Made by a program: the position numbers and the translations under genes. This document shows positions 9,610 through 19,905 of a DNA stretch of 53,302 nucleotides, one piece after another. The DNA is from Candidatus Iainarchaeum sp. (GTDB lineage: Archaea > Iainarchaeota > Iainarchaeia > Iainarchaeales > Iainarchaeaceae): contig JACQPB010000005.1 in assembly GCA_016202305.1 (NCBI GenBank), positions 1 through 53,302 on the forward strand. The letters are read 5' to 3'. The notes under the pieces are model-generated. The model did no database searches, was not told the origin of the DNA, and saw nothing but the letters and a program-made list of their open reading frames with translations. How positions within the stretch are numbered: the stretch's first letter is position 1; the number at the start of each line of letters is the position of its first letter.

Positions 9610-10677
9610 ATGCGGACTTCAGGAATAGCTGTGCAGGCGAGGCAGGCAAACGGGATGCATGCCATGCTTGCGCAGAAACAGGTTTTCGACTACGGGAAAA
9701 AGCCGCTGCGAAGGGGCGGCTGCGTGGTGTTCCCGCTGAAAAAAGGCGCGGGGAAAAGCGCTGCCGCCATTGCAAGGGCGTTTCCCGGAGCCAGGCTCAC
9801 GCGGGCAGAATTCACGGAAAGGGAAGCGAAGCCGCGCACAATCAGGGAAGCTCTGCGGAAGAAGCTTTCCGCAAAGGAGCTCGCGCTAGTGCCGAGCTCA
9901 TTCGACCTGCTCGGCGACGTGGCCATAATCGAGTTGCCCAAAGGGATTGCGAAAAAGGCGAAGAAAATAGGTGAAGCGCTCATGCGCGTCAACAAGTCCG
10001 TGGAATCAGTATACCTCAAGACAGGGGCGCACAAGGGCGTTTTCAGGAGCGAGCCAGTGAGGCTTGTCGCTGGCAGGAGGAAGAAGTTCGCCACTTACAG
10101 GGAACATGGCTGCGTTTTCCGCGTCAGCATCGGGAAAGTTTTTTTTTCCCCGCGTCTCTCCACCGAGAGGAAGCGCATAGCCTCGCTCATAATGCCGGGC
10201 GAGAAAATCGCGGCGCTCTTCGCAGGAGTAGGGCCTTTTCCGATAGTGTTCGCGAAGAACTCCGGAATGGCCTCGGCCGCCGCAATCGAGCTCAACCCCG
10301 CGGCCGTGGATGACATGGAGGAGAACATCAGGCTCAACAAGGCGGAGAATAAGGTCGAGGCTGTCCTGGGCGACGTCAAGGGGCTCTCCCGCGACAAAAA
10401 CTTTGCAGGCCTCTTCGACCGCGCGGTGATGCCGCTTCCGAAAGGGGGCGAGGATTTCCTCGAGGACGCGATACGCTACATAAAGCCTTCAGGCGGTGTC
10501 GTGCACTATTACCAGTTCGTCAGCCGTGACGACCCTTACACCATCCCTTTGCGGCAGATTGCAGCGGCATGCGAAAAGTTGGGCCGGAAATTTGGCATCC
10601 TGTTCAGCAGGAAAGTGCGCGAGTACGCGCCGGACACAATCCAAGTCGTGGTTGATTTCAGGGTTTTCGAGGCCTGA
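9610..10677 (+). CDS. trm5: tRNA (guanine37-N1)-methyltransferase, Trm5/Tyw2 (Met-10+) family
   Basis: SFDLLGDVAII, VFFSPRLSTER, LFAGVGPF, IELNP and VREYAP motifs, plus an N-terminal D1-like domain. Confidence 0.85.
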   Translation: MRTSGIAVQARQANGMHAMLAQKQVFDYGKKPLRRGGCVVFPLKKGAGKSAAAIARAFPGARLTRAEFTEREAKPRTIREALRKKLSAKELALVPSSFDLLGDVAIIELPKGIAKKAKKIGEALMRVNKSVESVYLKTGAHKGVFRSEPVRLVAGRRKKFATYREHGCVFRVSIGKVFFSPRLSTERKRIASLIMPGEKIAALFAGVGPFPIVFAKNSGMASAAAIELNPAAVDDMEENIRLNKAENKVEAVLGDVKGLSRDKNFAGLFDRAVMPLPKGGEDFLEDAIRYIKPSGGVVHYYQFVSRDDPYTIPLRQIAAACEKLGRKFGILFSRKVREYAPDTIQVVVDFRVFEA

Positions 10678-10850
10678 CATTTTTCCAGCTGGCTGATTGA
10701 AGTGGGTATATTTGCAGGAGCCCCAAATCTGGCCCCGAAAAAGCCTGAAACGTGAAGGGCGGTACAGATCCCTCCTTCTTGGTCCGTGCAGGAATAAGTG
10801 CATGGCCTCATTATGTTTGTTGTGGGTTTCGGGGCTTGTGCCTGCCCCGG

Positions 10851-11465
10851 CTAATGCTTTGATTTTGCAATTCCCAAGAGCCGGTTCCTGTGTGAAACTG
10901 CCAGACTTAATGAATTGTAAACTTTGTGCCACGAGACAAATAGGTTGCTTGATTTTCTCGCGGAAAACCTTTCAGAAAAATTCGGGACACTCATTTTTTG
11001 CAAAACTTGGGCTGTGAACACACTCAGGAAATCTTTTGTAATAGGTTCAAAAATTTCGCTCGCTGTTTGAATTCCAGCCAATATAAGGTTTGCGTATTCA
11101 TGTTCACTGCCTGCAGGTATTCCACCTTCAAAGAGGTTGTTTAATTGGCTCTCAATTATTTCACATTCTACCCTAAGCTGCGCCAGTTTTCTCGATATTT
11201 CCCCGATTATCTTTTTCTGTTCTTGGATAGGCCGTCTCATGAACCGCTTCGTTAAAAATTTCCTGGTAGGGAGTCCTAATTCGTAAGAGAGAAGTATTGC
11301 TTCAGGGCATATATTTGTCTCCGATTTTAGCTGGCGCATTAGTTGGCTTCTCCCCCTGTCATTTTGGCGTTTGGATGCTAGCGCTTCATCCACAATTGAA
11401 GTCGTTTCAGCAAGGTCACGCCGAATTTTTGAGGCATTGCTTCTGTTTGGGCGGAGTCTTCTCAT
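10851..11465 (-). CDS. Orphan helical protein with Arg-rich N-terminus
   Basis: 204 aa AT-rich ORF starting MRRLRPNRSNASKIRR. Confidence 0.55.
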   Translation of the reverse strand: MRRLRPNRSNASKIRRDLAETTSIVDEALASKRQNDRGRSQLMRQLKSETNICPEAILLSYELGLPTRKFLTKRFMRRPIQEQKKIIGEISRKLAQLRVECEIIESQLNNLFEGGIPAGSEHEYANLILAGIQTASEIFEPITKDFLSVFTAQVLQKMSVPNFSERFSARKSSNLFVSWHKVYNSLSLAVSHRNRLLGIAKSKH

Positions 11466-11642
11466 AAAATCACTTCTGTATAGTTGAACATTTTAAATGA
11501 ATGCACAATGGGCTTATTGGTCAAACTGGTCATCGTCAAATGCCATTATAATGCCTTAAAATGGCCAAATAGGCCAGTTGCGTGTGAATGAACGCAGTAC
11601 TGAGATTAACTTTTTAACCTCTTCTGGTGACAAATAAGGTGG

Positions 11643-13136
11643 ATGGATTTTACACAAATAGGCATTATTTTCGCCCTTTTCCTGATGCTGATTATCGGCC
11701 TGTATGCCGGAAGGAAAGTGAACGGAAAACTGGAGAATTACTTTGTCGCCGGCAGAAAACTGGCGGCCCCGGTAGTCGCGCTTGCGTTGGTTGGCCAGGC
11801 CATTGACGGCAATTCGACAATGGCAAATACAGGTCTGGCCTCGGAATTCGGGCTATGGGCCGGCGCAGTGCTCCCTATAGGGCTGGCTATATCCCTTCTG
11901 TTTTTGGGCAGGTTTTTTGCAAAGCCGCTCCATGAGATGAAGCTTCTCACCCTCGCGGATTTTTTCAGGCAAAAGTATGACAGGAAAATAGAGTTTATCG
12001 CTTCCATAATACTGCTTATCGGCTTCGGGTTCCTGCTTGCAGGCAACCTTGCTTCAATCGCCCTTCTCCTCGAAATCATTTTCCACGTCCAATATGGCAC
12101 GCTGGTGATAGCTCTCTCACTCTTCGTCTTGGCGTACATAATACTCGGCGGCATAATATCCGACATACTGACAGACACCCTGCAGGTCGGGTTTTTTGTG
12201 GTTGCCGTTGCACTCGCCTGCGGATTCCTTCTCTTCAGCAACAGCGGTCTCGGGGCATTCGCTTCGGAAAAAGGCCTGTCATTGATAAGTGTCACGCAGC
12301 TTCTCAACCCAGCGGAGGGCGCACTTGTCAACTGGGCAACGATCGTGGCGCTCGGCCTCGGGAATATCCTCGCAATTGATTTCGTCACGAGGATTCTATC
12401 AGCCAGGTCCCCGGAGGCAGCCAAGAACGGGTGCTATCTCGCCGCGGGAGGTACCATGCTGTTTGCGCTGCCATTTTCATTTTTCGCCATTTATGCGGCG
12501 GATTCCGGTATCAGCGCCGTTGAGGGCATACCTTTCTTTGTCACGTTTGCTGTGCAAACCTTTCCGCCCATCATCAACTTTATGCTTCTCGCTGCAATAG
12601 TCTCCATTGCCCTGTCAACGATTGACGGCGCAATGCTCAGCATGGGCAATATCTTCATGAGGAACGTGCTGGACATAAAGGAGGGCAGCGGCTCGGAGGA
12701 TGCGATGCTCTATTACGCAAGGATTTCGATTTTGCCGATAACCGCAGCTGCGATGCTCTTCGCGCTTCTCTTCCCGAATCCCGGCATAATGCTCACTGTT
12801 GCCTTCGATGTGCTGTTCGCCTCATGTCTCGTGCCTTTCGTGGCACCTTTTTTCGTGAAAAGGCCGAGCATCAATGCCGCGCTTGCAGCAATAATAGCCG
12901 GGGGAGTTGTCAGAATAGTTTTTGCGGTACTCACACCAACAACATTCGGCGTGGAAAACACTTTCTTCTATCTGGAAAACACTTTTATAACCGCTGAAAT
13001 GGACGGCCTCGGCACAATAATTTCCCCGATGGTTTCACTCGCGGCATTCGCTTTTGTCACATGGAGGGAAAATACAAAAAAGGTGACAGGTAATAGGCTG
13101 CTTTCCGGCCTACAGAAATTGTTTGATTTTTCGTGA
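11643..13136 (+). CDS. Sodium:solute symporter (SLC5/SSS) family protein
   Basis: YFVAGRKL, LTLADFFRQKY, GGIISDILTD and ALSTIDG motifs; about 13 TM segments. Confidence 0.9.
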   Translation: MDFTQIGIIFALFLMLIIGLYAGRKVNGKLENYFVAGRKLAAPVVALALVGQAIDGNSTMANTGLASEFGLWAGAVLPIGLAISLLFLGRFFAKPLHEMKLLTLADFFRQKYDRKIEFIASIILLIGFGFLLAGNLASIALLLEIIFHVQYGTLVIALSLFVLAYIILGGIISDILTDTLQVGFFVVAVALACGFLLFSNSGLGAFASEKGLSLISVTQLLNPAEGALVNWATIVALGLGNILAIDFVTRILSARSPEAAKNGCYLAAGGTMLFALPFSFFAIYAADSGISAVEGIPFFVTFAVQTFPPIINFMLLAAIVSIALSTIDGAMLSMGNIFMRNVLDIKEGSGSEDAMLYYARISILPITAAAMLFALLFPNPGIMLTVAFDVLFASCLVPFVAPFFVKRPSINAALAAIIAGGVVRIVFAVLTPTTFGVENTFFYLENTFITAEMDGLGTIISPMVSLAAFAFVTWRENTKKVTGNRLLSGLQKLFDFS

Positions 13137-13144
13137 GTGGTCAT

Positions 13145-13588
13145 ATGAACGAAACCAAAAAGTCGCTGAGTTTTTCGCCGGAGCAGGCCAACATGCTCAA
13201 GCAAAACATAATCAAGAATGTGACTGCAGTGCTCGTGAGCATTGTCTTTGGCATATGGGTGTTCCCGCGCGTGCAGGCCGTTGACCCGGACTCGCTGATT
13301 AATGCGTTCTTTTTCCTGAGCATTTTCCCGCTGGGCGCAATGTTCGCCTATTTTGCATTCAATTACGGCGACACAAGGATCAGCATACTCATACACAGGG
13401 TATTTGCCGACGTTTCCTCGTTCATATTCCTCATCGTGATTTTCTGCTCATTAACGTTCGCCACCGTGCTTGGCATAATAGCTTATCCATCTTTCACGTT
13501 CCCCTTTATGGCGCTCTCGGCATTCCTGATACTCGGCTGCGTGGCCTATGACTTCTGGCAGTTCATGCTTGCGATAACCACGAAATAG
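13145..13588 (+). CDS. Hypothetical 4-TM membrane protein
   Basis: Hydrophobic ORF directly following the symporter. Confidence 0.65.
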   Translation: MNETKKSLSFSPEQANMLKQNIIKNVTAVLVSIVFGIWVFPRVQAVDPDSLINAFFFLSIFPLGAMFAYFAFNYGDTRISILIHRVFADVSSFIFLIVIFCSLTFATVLGIIAYPSFTFPFMALSAFLILGCVAYDFWQFMLAITTK

Positions 13589-13603
13589 GCGGATAAGGGC
13601 AGG

Positions 13604-14383
13604 TTATGGTTTTTTCGCGCTCAGGACAAAGAACTCTCCGTGGTCAGTGACTTCTACATGGAAGCCTTCCTGCAGGAGAAGCTTTCTCATCGGCTCGGGG
13701 TCAACGGTTTCGAGGCTCGCAAGCTCAGGGTCGCGCGCAAGCAGTGATTCGACCTCTCGGGTTATGTCTAGAACATCGGCCTGAAATGCTTTTGGATTTC
13801 CCATCAGCATTCCGCTTCGGATAAGGGCTTTTCTATCATTACGCATCGGCAGGTAAGTAGCTACCGTCTTTCTCCTGAATTCCTCCGGACTGACTTTTCG
13901 GTAATCAACAATCAGTATGGCATCGGCCATTCGCGCTATTTTCCTGAGGGTGCCAATCCGCCTATGTGGCTCTACATGGCCAAACACCTCGGCAGCCACG
14001 GCGAGGGAGATTTTTCCCGCATGAAAGCTTGGAGGGTTCCTTATGTCGCCATGCAGGACTTCGGCTGTCGGATGGGCTGCTCTCAGGCCCTGGACGATTT
14101 TGGGGCTTTGGTCCAGAAAAATCCTTTCCCTGAAAGGCAAATTGTGTATCAGGGGCGAGGTACCGGGCCCGATTTCCAGTGCTACCGCATTCCCTGGTTC
14201 AGGCACAAGGGCCTTTATCCTCGCCGCGAGCAATTCCCGGTTTTGCCGGGTTTCCTTTACAAATGATTGGAGCCTGTCACCTTCCACATAATGGCCCCCG
14301 GAAAACCATTTTCTTGCTTCAGGGCGCTTCAGGATTTCTCTTTTGCCGGGCCGTTTCACAATAATCCTAATCTTGGAACACAT
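13604..14383 (-). CDS. Class I SAM-dependent methyltransferase-fold protein with basic N-terminal extension
   Basis: Motif I ALEIGPGT, acidic beta2 IFLDQS, HGDI and EVFGHV. Confidence 0.65.
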   Translation of the reverse strand: MCSKIRIIVKRPGKREILKRPEARKWFSGGHYVEGDRLQSFVKETRQNRELLAARIKALVPEPGNAVALEIGPGTSPLIHNLPFRERIFLDQSPKIVQGLRAAHPTAEVLHGDIRNPPSFHAGKISLAVAAEVFGHVEPHRRIGTLRKIARMADAILIVDYRKVSPEEFRRKTVATYLPMRNDRKALIRSGMLMGNPKAFQADVLDITREVESLLARDPELASLETVDPEPMRKLLLQEGFHVEVTDHGEFFVLSAKKP

Positions 14384-14434
14384 TAATTAGCTTTACCATG
14401 TTTCCGGGAGAGCCATATAAAATCATGGGAATTT

Positions 14435-14797
14435 TCATGGTTTTCTGTACCGTGGCAGCCTTCTCTGGAGGCGCGCCCTTGGCACGTTTTTCAGCCGCGC
14501 CATCTCCATCCGGTCCATGTGCATCGTGAATTTTTCTGCTATTTCAGCCCTTTTCTCTGGCGTAAGGGCGTACCGGTCCATGCCGACGGAGCGTATGGCT
14601 GCTACAACTTTCTGGATTGCCGCATCCAGCTTGCCTTCGTAAGTGGACGGCTGTGTCCTTCCGTGCTGGTATGCGGCAATCATTTCATTCATGGCCTCCT
14701 TAAATATTCTCATTGCCTGTGGGTCAGCTTCCACGCGCTGCACAATCTCATCAGGCAAACTTTTTCTAACCGCAATGTAATGTTCTTCCGGCATCAA
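14435..14797 (-). CDS. Orphan helical protein with Arg-rich C-terminus
   Basis: 120 aa ORF ending RARLQRRLPRYRKP. Confidence 0.55.
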   Translation of the reverse strand: MMPEEHYIAVRKSLPDEIVQRVEADPQAMRIFKEAMNEMIAAYQHGRTQPSTYEGKLDAAIQKVVAAIRSVGMDRYALTPEKRAEIAEKFTMHMDRMEMARLKNVPRARLQRRLPRYRKP

Positions 14798-14880
14798 GCA
14801 CCCTCAGTCAGGCAATAGGACTTTTCGACACTGGCCTTAATAAAGCTTTTCGCGCTGTTCTTGTTGTTTGGGCGAGTCAG

Positions 14881-15519
14881 ATGAATCTTGTTCTTCTCGG
14901 TCCGCCGGGAACAGGGAAAGGCACCATAGCGAAGTTCATAGAGGTGCGCTTCGGGTGCGCGCACGTTTCCACCGGCGACCTCCTGCGCGATGAGGTGGCT
15001 TCCCGCACCGCTGTCGGCCTCGAGATAGAGCCGGTGATGAATTCTGGCGCCCTTGTTGATGACGCAATAGTCCTGAGGGTGCTTGAGAAGACGCTTGCGG
15101 GGCTGAAAGGCAAATCTTTCGTGCTTGACGGATTCCCGCGCACGCTGGAGCAGGGCGAAATCCTCGAGCCGCTGCTTGCGCGCCTCGGCATCGCACTCGA
15201 CCTCGTGCTCGAGATTGACTCGCCAGAGGAAATAATCGTGAAGAGGCTTTCTGCGCGCAGGCAGTGCGTTTCCTGCAAGCGGATTTACGGCCTTGACGTG
15301 CCTTCAAAGAATGAGGGCCTCTGCGACGAATGCGGCTCCCAGACAGTTCTCAGGAAGGACGACGAGCCGGAAGTGGTGAAGGAGAGGCTGAGGCTGTACA
15401 ATGACATAACGAGGCCCTTGAGTGACTTCTATTCAGGGAGGGGCCTTCTCAGGAAGATAGACGGTGACAGGACACTGCAGGAGATTTTCGCCGAGGTTGA
15501 GAAGCTGCTCTCGCCATAA
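14881..15519 (+). CDS. adk: Adenylate kinase (bacterial type, Zn-LID)
   Basis: GPPGTGKGT, STGDLLR, LDGFPRT, CxxC...CxxC lid and RKDD. Confidence 0.95.
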   Translation: MNLVLLGPPGTGKGTIAKFIEVRFGCAHVSTGDLLRDEVASRTAVGLEIEPVMNSGALVDDAIVLRVLEKTLAGLKGKSFVLDGFPRTLEQGEILEPLLARLGIALDLVLEIDSPEEIIVKRLSARRQCVSCKRIYGLDVPSKNEGLCDECGSQTVLRKDDEPEVVKERLRLYNDITRPLSDFYSGRGLLRKIDGDRTLQEIFAEVEKLLSP

Positions 15520-15540
15520 CATTGGGATATGATTAAGCAG

Positions 15541-16299
15541 TTATGCATTAAGTTTGTAACCTAATGATTTTTTCCTCTTGTCGCGCAGCAGACTCCATGG
15601 ATAGTAATCATATCCTGCGGCCTTCATTATGTAGGAATTTAATGAACCAAGATAACCATATACCCTTAAAACTGAATCTAAATGCCCCCGCTTAACAGCC
15701 CCGAGATTTTGATGTGAAAACACTCCCAGCCCTTGCTCACGCCATTTACTCATTTTTTCAGGGTCGATCCCTGACTCGTGCTCCAACTTATCCATCTCTG
15801 CCTCTATAACTATATAAAGGTCGCATAATTCGCCGGCGTTTTTTTTAAAATCCGGGCTAAATTTATTGGAATGCTGCGCTTCTTTTATATCTTTTTCTAA
15901 TAATGGGTGTTCAGCGTCCCTTTCCCTCAATGCCTTTAAAATGGCTTTTTTTTCTTCTGGATCTATATCAAGCTTCCGCCTAATTTTTTGGATAAGGCTT
16001 AAGACATTTTCAATTACCTTCATGTCGCGAGGTGCCACCCCGGATTTCCTTAAATTATGGAAAAATACGCCCTTCAATCTTGGAATGAAGAATCCAAGAT
16101 GGCGGGAATGCAGGCTATGCCTGGGGTATATTTTTCTATATCCTTCAGGTACCGCCTTGCCAATAAAACCAGGTAAGCGCTTTTTCCCACTCATAGTTTG
16201 ATTAGCCTTTACGAAGATAGTCTCTGGAGTATAGGTTTTTTGATTCCTTTCAAGACTTTCGACTTTTTTCCCAACAGCGGCATAGGAGATATTTCGCAT
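15541..16299 (-). CDS. Orphan basic protein, AT-rich
   Basis: ORF of about 250 aa, antisense between adk and pfkB, with low GC. Confidence 0.55.
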   Translation of the reverse strand: MRNISYAAVGKKVESLERNQKTYTPETIFVKANQTMSGKKRLPGFIGKAVPEGYRKIYPRHSLHSRHLGFFIPRLKGVFFHNLRKSGVAPRDMKVIENVLSLIQKIRRKLDIDPEEKKAILKALRERDAEHPLLEKDIKEAQHSNKFSPDFKKNAGELCDLYIVIEAEMDKLEHESGIDPEKMSKWREQGLGVFSHQNLGAVKRGHLDSVLRVYGYLGSLNSYIMKAAGYDYYPWSLLRDKRKKSLGYKLNA

Positions 16300-16361
16300 A
16301 AATACTAATAGCAAGTTGCCATTAATAAATTTAATCAACTAAAACCTTTATTGATGACCGG

Positions 16362-17279
16362 GTGTTGCTTTTGCCAATTGTAGTTGTTGTAGGTACGATG
16401 GCCTTTGATGACGTGAAAACCCCTTTCGGGTCGGTGGATGGCGCGCTCGGTGGCTCCGCGACTTATGCGTCGCTCGCCTGCTCGCTTTTTGCAAGGCCCG
16501 GAATCGTCAGCGTCGTGGGCTCAGATTTCCCGGAAAAGCACATGGCCATGCTGAGGTCGAAGGGCGTCGACACGGGAGGCATAGAGGTAAAGCAGGGCGG
16601 GAAGACTTTCCACTGGAAGGGCGAATATGGCCTCGACCTCAATGACGCGAAGACTCTCCGCACCGACCTCAATGTGCTCGAGGGTTTCAAGCCCGTGGTT
16701 CCCGATGCTTTCCGCGGCGCCGATTTCCTTTTTCTCGGGAACATCGACCCGGAATTGCAGCTTGGCGTGCTCTCACAGATGAAGAAGAGGCCGAAGCTGG
16801 TCGTTGCCGACACCATGAACCACTGGATTTCCGCCAAGCGCGACAAGGTCATAGAGGTCGTGAACGAGGTAGACATCGCCCTGATGAACGAGCTCGAGGC
16901 GAGGCAGCTTTTCAGGACGCCGAACCTCAGGAAGGCCGCGATGGAGATTCTCGCCCTGAATTCCGAGATAGCGATAATAAAGAAGGGCGAGCATGGCTGC
17001 ATAGCATTTACGCGGAACTCGCATTTTGCCTGCCCAGGGTATCCTCTCGAAAACGTGCTTGACCCGACAGGCTCCGGCGACTGCTTCGGGGGCGCGCTGA
17101 TTGGTTATTTGGCAAAAACCCGCGACTTTTCGGAAAGGAACATGCGCAGGGCCATTGTGCACGCTTCCTGCGTGGCCTCGTTCAATGCCGAGGGCTTTTC
17201 AGTTGACAGGCTGAAGCGGGTCAAGATGAAGGACGTGAAGCGCAGGTACAGCGAATTCAGGGGTTTCGTGAGGTTCTAG
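16362..17279 (+). CDS. PfkB/ribokinase family kinase, probable nucleoside (adenosine) kinase
   Basis: VVGTMAFD, GGSATY, MNELEA and DPTGSGDCFGG motifs; lies directly upstream of ahcY. Confidence 0.85.
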   Translation: MLLLPIVVVVGTMAFDDVKTPFGSVDGALGGSATYASLACSLFARPGIVSVVGSDFPEKHMAMLRSKGVDTGGIEVKQGGKTFHWKGEYGLDLNDAKTLRTDLNVLEGFKPVVPDAFRGADFLFLGNIDPELQLGVLSQMKKRPKLVVADTMNHWISAKRDKVIEVVNEVDIALMNELEARQLFRTPNLRKAAMEILALNSEIAIIKKGEHGCIAFTRNSHFACPGYPLENVLDPTGSGDCFGGALIGYLAKTRDFSERNMRRAIVHASCVASFNAEGFSVDRLKRVKMKDVKRRYSEFRGFVRF

Positions 17280-17364
17280 CCTTTGATGCATGTGGCTTGG
17301 CCTTTCGGCCTTTGCACCCCAACCTTTTTATTGCTTTTCTGGTGCTTCTTCTAAGGTTGGTTGC

Positions 17365-18612
17365 ATGGATTATTCCGTCAAGGATATGAAGCTCGCCTCG
17401 CAGGGCGCGATGCAGCTGGAGTGGGCTGAGGCGCAGATGGGCGCCCTGCTCGATGTCCGGAAGAGGTTTGCGAAGGAAAAGCCGCTCAAGGGCCAGAGGG
17501 TAGGTATGGCCCTGCACGTCACCAAAGAGACTGGCATTCTCGTGCGCACGCTGATTGCAGGTGGCGCGAAGGTGGCAATAACCGGGTGCAATCCTTTGAG
17601 CACGCAGGATGATGTCGCGGCGGCGCTCGCGGACGAGGGCGTACATGTTTACGCAAAAAAAGGCGAGACGCGAGAGGAGTATTACGAGTACCTCAACAAG
17701 GTCCTCGATTTCTCCCCCACGGCGACGATTGATGATGGCCTCGACCTCGTCACCGAGATACATACCAAGCGCACAGGCCTTGTCGGGGATATAAAGGTCG
17801 GCACCGAGGAGACAACCACTGGCGTCATAAGGCTCAGGGCGATGGAGCGCGACAAGGCCATCAAGTACCCGGTAATTGCGGTGAACGACAACAAGACCAA
17901 GCATTTGTTCGACAATTATTACGGCACCGGCCAGAGCACTGTTGACGGCATACTGCGCGCAACCAACGTGCTCTTTGCAGGGAAGAATGTCGTCGTCATG
18001 GGTTATGGCGACTGCGGCAAGGGCGTCGCTTCCCGTGCACGCGGCCTCGGCAGCAACATCATCGTGGTCGAGGTTGACCCAGTGCGTGCGCTGCAGGCAA
18101 AGATGGATGGCTACTGGGTCATGACGCTCGAGCATGCGCTCCCGCTGGGCGACATTTTCATAACCGTCACGGGCAACAAGCATGCGATTCCGAAGGCCGC
18201 TTTCAGGAAGATGAAGAACGGGGCAATCCTCGCGAACTCAGGCCATTTCGATGTCGAGATTGATGTGAAGGGCCTCGAGGAGCTGGCAGTTTCGAAGAGG
18301 AGGCTGCGCTGGCAGTTGGACGAGTACACGCTCAAGGGCGGGAAGAAGCTCTACCTCTGCGCGGAAGGGCGCCTGGTCAACCTCGGCGCGGCGGAGGGGC
18401 ATCCATCCACTGTCATGTCCCTCAGCTTCTGCGGGCAGGCCCTTGCGCTGGAGTATGGCCTCAGGCACGACCTCAAGCCGGGCCTCCATGTCCTGCCTGA
18501 TTCGATTGACATGGAAATCGCGCGCCTCCAGCTCCGCGCAATGGGAATACGCACAGGCAGCCTCACGAAGGAGCAGGAAGCCTACCTCAACTCCTGGAAA
18601 GAAGGCACATAA
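17365..18612 (+). CDS. ahcY: Adenosylhomocysteinase (SAH hydrolase)
   Basis: LHVTKETG, CNPLSTQD, EETTTG, KHLFDNYYGTGQS and EGRLVNLGAAEGHP motifs; ATG at 17365. Confidence 0.97.
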   Translation: MDYSVKDMKLASQGAMQLEWAEAQMGALLDVRKRFAKEKPLKGQRVGMALHVTKETGILVRTLIAGGAKVAITGCNPLSTQDDVAAALADEGVHVYAKKGETREEYYEYLNKVLDFSPTATIDDGLDLVTEIHTKRTGLVGDIKVGTEETTTGVIRLRAMERDKAIKYPVIAVNDNKTKHLFDNYYGTGQSTVDGILRATNVLFAGKNVVVMGYGDCGKGVASRARGLGSNIIVVEVDPVRALQAKMDGYWVMTLEHALPLGDIFITVTGNKHAIPKAAFRKMKNGAILANSGHFDVEIDVKGLEELAVSKRRLRWQLDEYTLKGGKKLYLCAEGRLVNLGAAEGHPSTVMSLSFCGQALALEYGLRHDLKPGLHVLPDSIDMEIARLQLRAMGIRTGSLTKEQEAYLNSWKEGT

Positions 18613-18728
18613 GTATACATAACTGTTTTTGTGCTTTTGCCGCTAATTTTTAGGAATTTCGCCCAATTTGGGAAGCGTGAAAACCCCCCATAAATTATAT
18701 ATAGCCTCCCGCCCTCGAATGTCTTAAC

Positions 18729-19511
18729 ATGAAAGCTATTGAAGAGGACGACATGGAGCTGCTCCAATCAGGGGAATCTGCCGCTGATTCAATGGTGGCC
18801 CTGCCTGACAAGGTTGACCTCGTGGACCTCATAGAGCAGCCCGCGTGGAAGACCATCCTCATAGAGCTCGTGAAGACCGAGCGCATGGACCCCTGGGAAA
18901 TAGACATCGCCGACCTGGCTAGCAAGTACCTCAAGAAAATCAATGCCCTGACAGGCAACGACCTCAGGCTTCCCGCAAACGCGATTCTCGCATCAGCCAT
19001 ACTCCTCAAGTTCAAGGCCAACGTGCTGCGCATAAGCGAGATTGAAGACGAGGAGGAATTCCTCGAAAAGCAAAAGCAGATGAGTGTTGAGGAGAGGGCG
19101 GAATTCGAGGCCATGCTGCCAGACCTGAAGAACATAAGGAAGATAAAGGAGGGCAAGGTCTCGCTCGACGAGCTTGTGCTCAGCATCGAAAAAATGCTCA
19201 ACAGCGCCAAGAAGACAAAGGACAGGAACATACTGCGCGAGCGCACGAAGTTCATAATTCCCGCGCACGACTTCGACATAGACAAGGCCATGGAGAAAGT
19301 CTACAAGTCAATAACCAAGGCAGCGGACTCCCAGGGCCTCGTGCTTTTCTCTAGGCTGGTGAAGGAAAGCGATACGAACGAAGGCATCGTGCGCACATTC
19401 ATACCGTGCCTCTTCCTGACCAACAAGGGCCGCATAAACATGTGGCAGGACGTTTTCTTCGGCGAAATTTTCCTGAGTCTGAATGCCGGAAATCAGGCGG
19501 AAAAAAGCTGA
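18729..19511 (+). CDS. scpA: Segregation and condensation protein A (kleisin)
   Basis: MDPWEIDI, AILLKFKA, VSLDELV and the C-terminal FIPCLFL...WQDVFFGEIF. Confidence 0.88.
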   Translation: MKAIEEDDMELLQSGESAADSMVALPDKVDLVDLIEQPAWKTILIELVKTERMDPWEIDIADLASKYLKKINALTGNDLRLPANAILASAILLKFKANVLRISEIEDEEEFLEKQKQMSVEERAEFEAMLPDLKNIRKIKEGKVSLDELVLSIEKMLNSAKKTKDRNILRERTKFIIPAHDFDIDKAMEKVYKSITKAADSQGLVLFSRLVKESDTNEGIVRTFIPCLFLTNKGRINMWQDVFFGEIFLSLNAGNQAEKS

Positions 19512-19521
19512 TTTTATAATT

Positions 19522-19905
19522 TCATTTTTTCTTGAACAATTCTTTTTCGTATTGTGCAAGCCATTTTGCTACAAGTTTAAGCGCTTCTGTTTGCCTCATC
19601 CAGCTTGCATAGCTTTCCCCGTATTTTGTTTTTGAGTAGTGCCTGGATTTAGTGAAAAGAAAATTTTCTTTCCAAAGTTCCTTTTTGCTTTCAGCTATTT
19701 CCAGTGTGGCATCCTGCCATCTTGCCCTGAAATAGAAATGCTTTCGGAATATTGTTCCTTCTATTTGGACGGGCGCAGCAAAGCATGTTGTTTTGAGTTT
19801 AAGTGGCGAGAGGTAATCCTGCAGCGCTTTGTTTTTTTGAAACGCCTTGGAAATTTCTTTGAGCTTCTTTAGCCTTTGTTTTTTCGAGAGAGCTTTTTTT
19901 GCCAT
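19522..19905 (-). CDS. Hypothetical Lys-rich protein
   Basis: Starts MAKKALSKKQRLKK; has a globular-looking core PVQIEGTIFRKHFYFRARW. Confidence 0.6.
   Translation of the reverse strand: MAKKALSKKQRLKKLKEISKAFQKNKALQDYLSPLKLKTTCFAAPVQIEGTIFRKHFYFRARWQDATLEIAESKKELWKENFLFTKSRHYSKTKYGESYASWMRQTEALKLVAKWLAQYEKELFKKK

Noticed and set aside
11466-11642. Possible riboswitch before the solute symporter; CATTATAATG core shared with the 20033 palindrome
   Set aside because: No recognisable aptamer consensus; the 10-bp AT-rich palindrome is TATA-like and probably coincidental.
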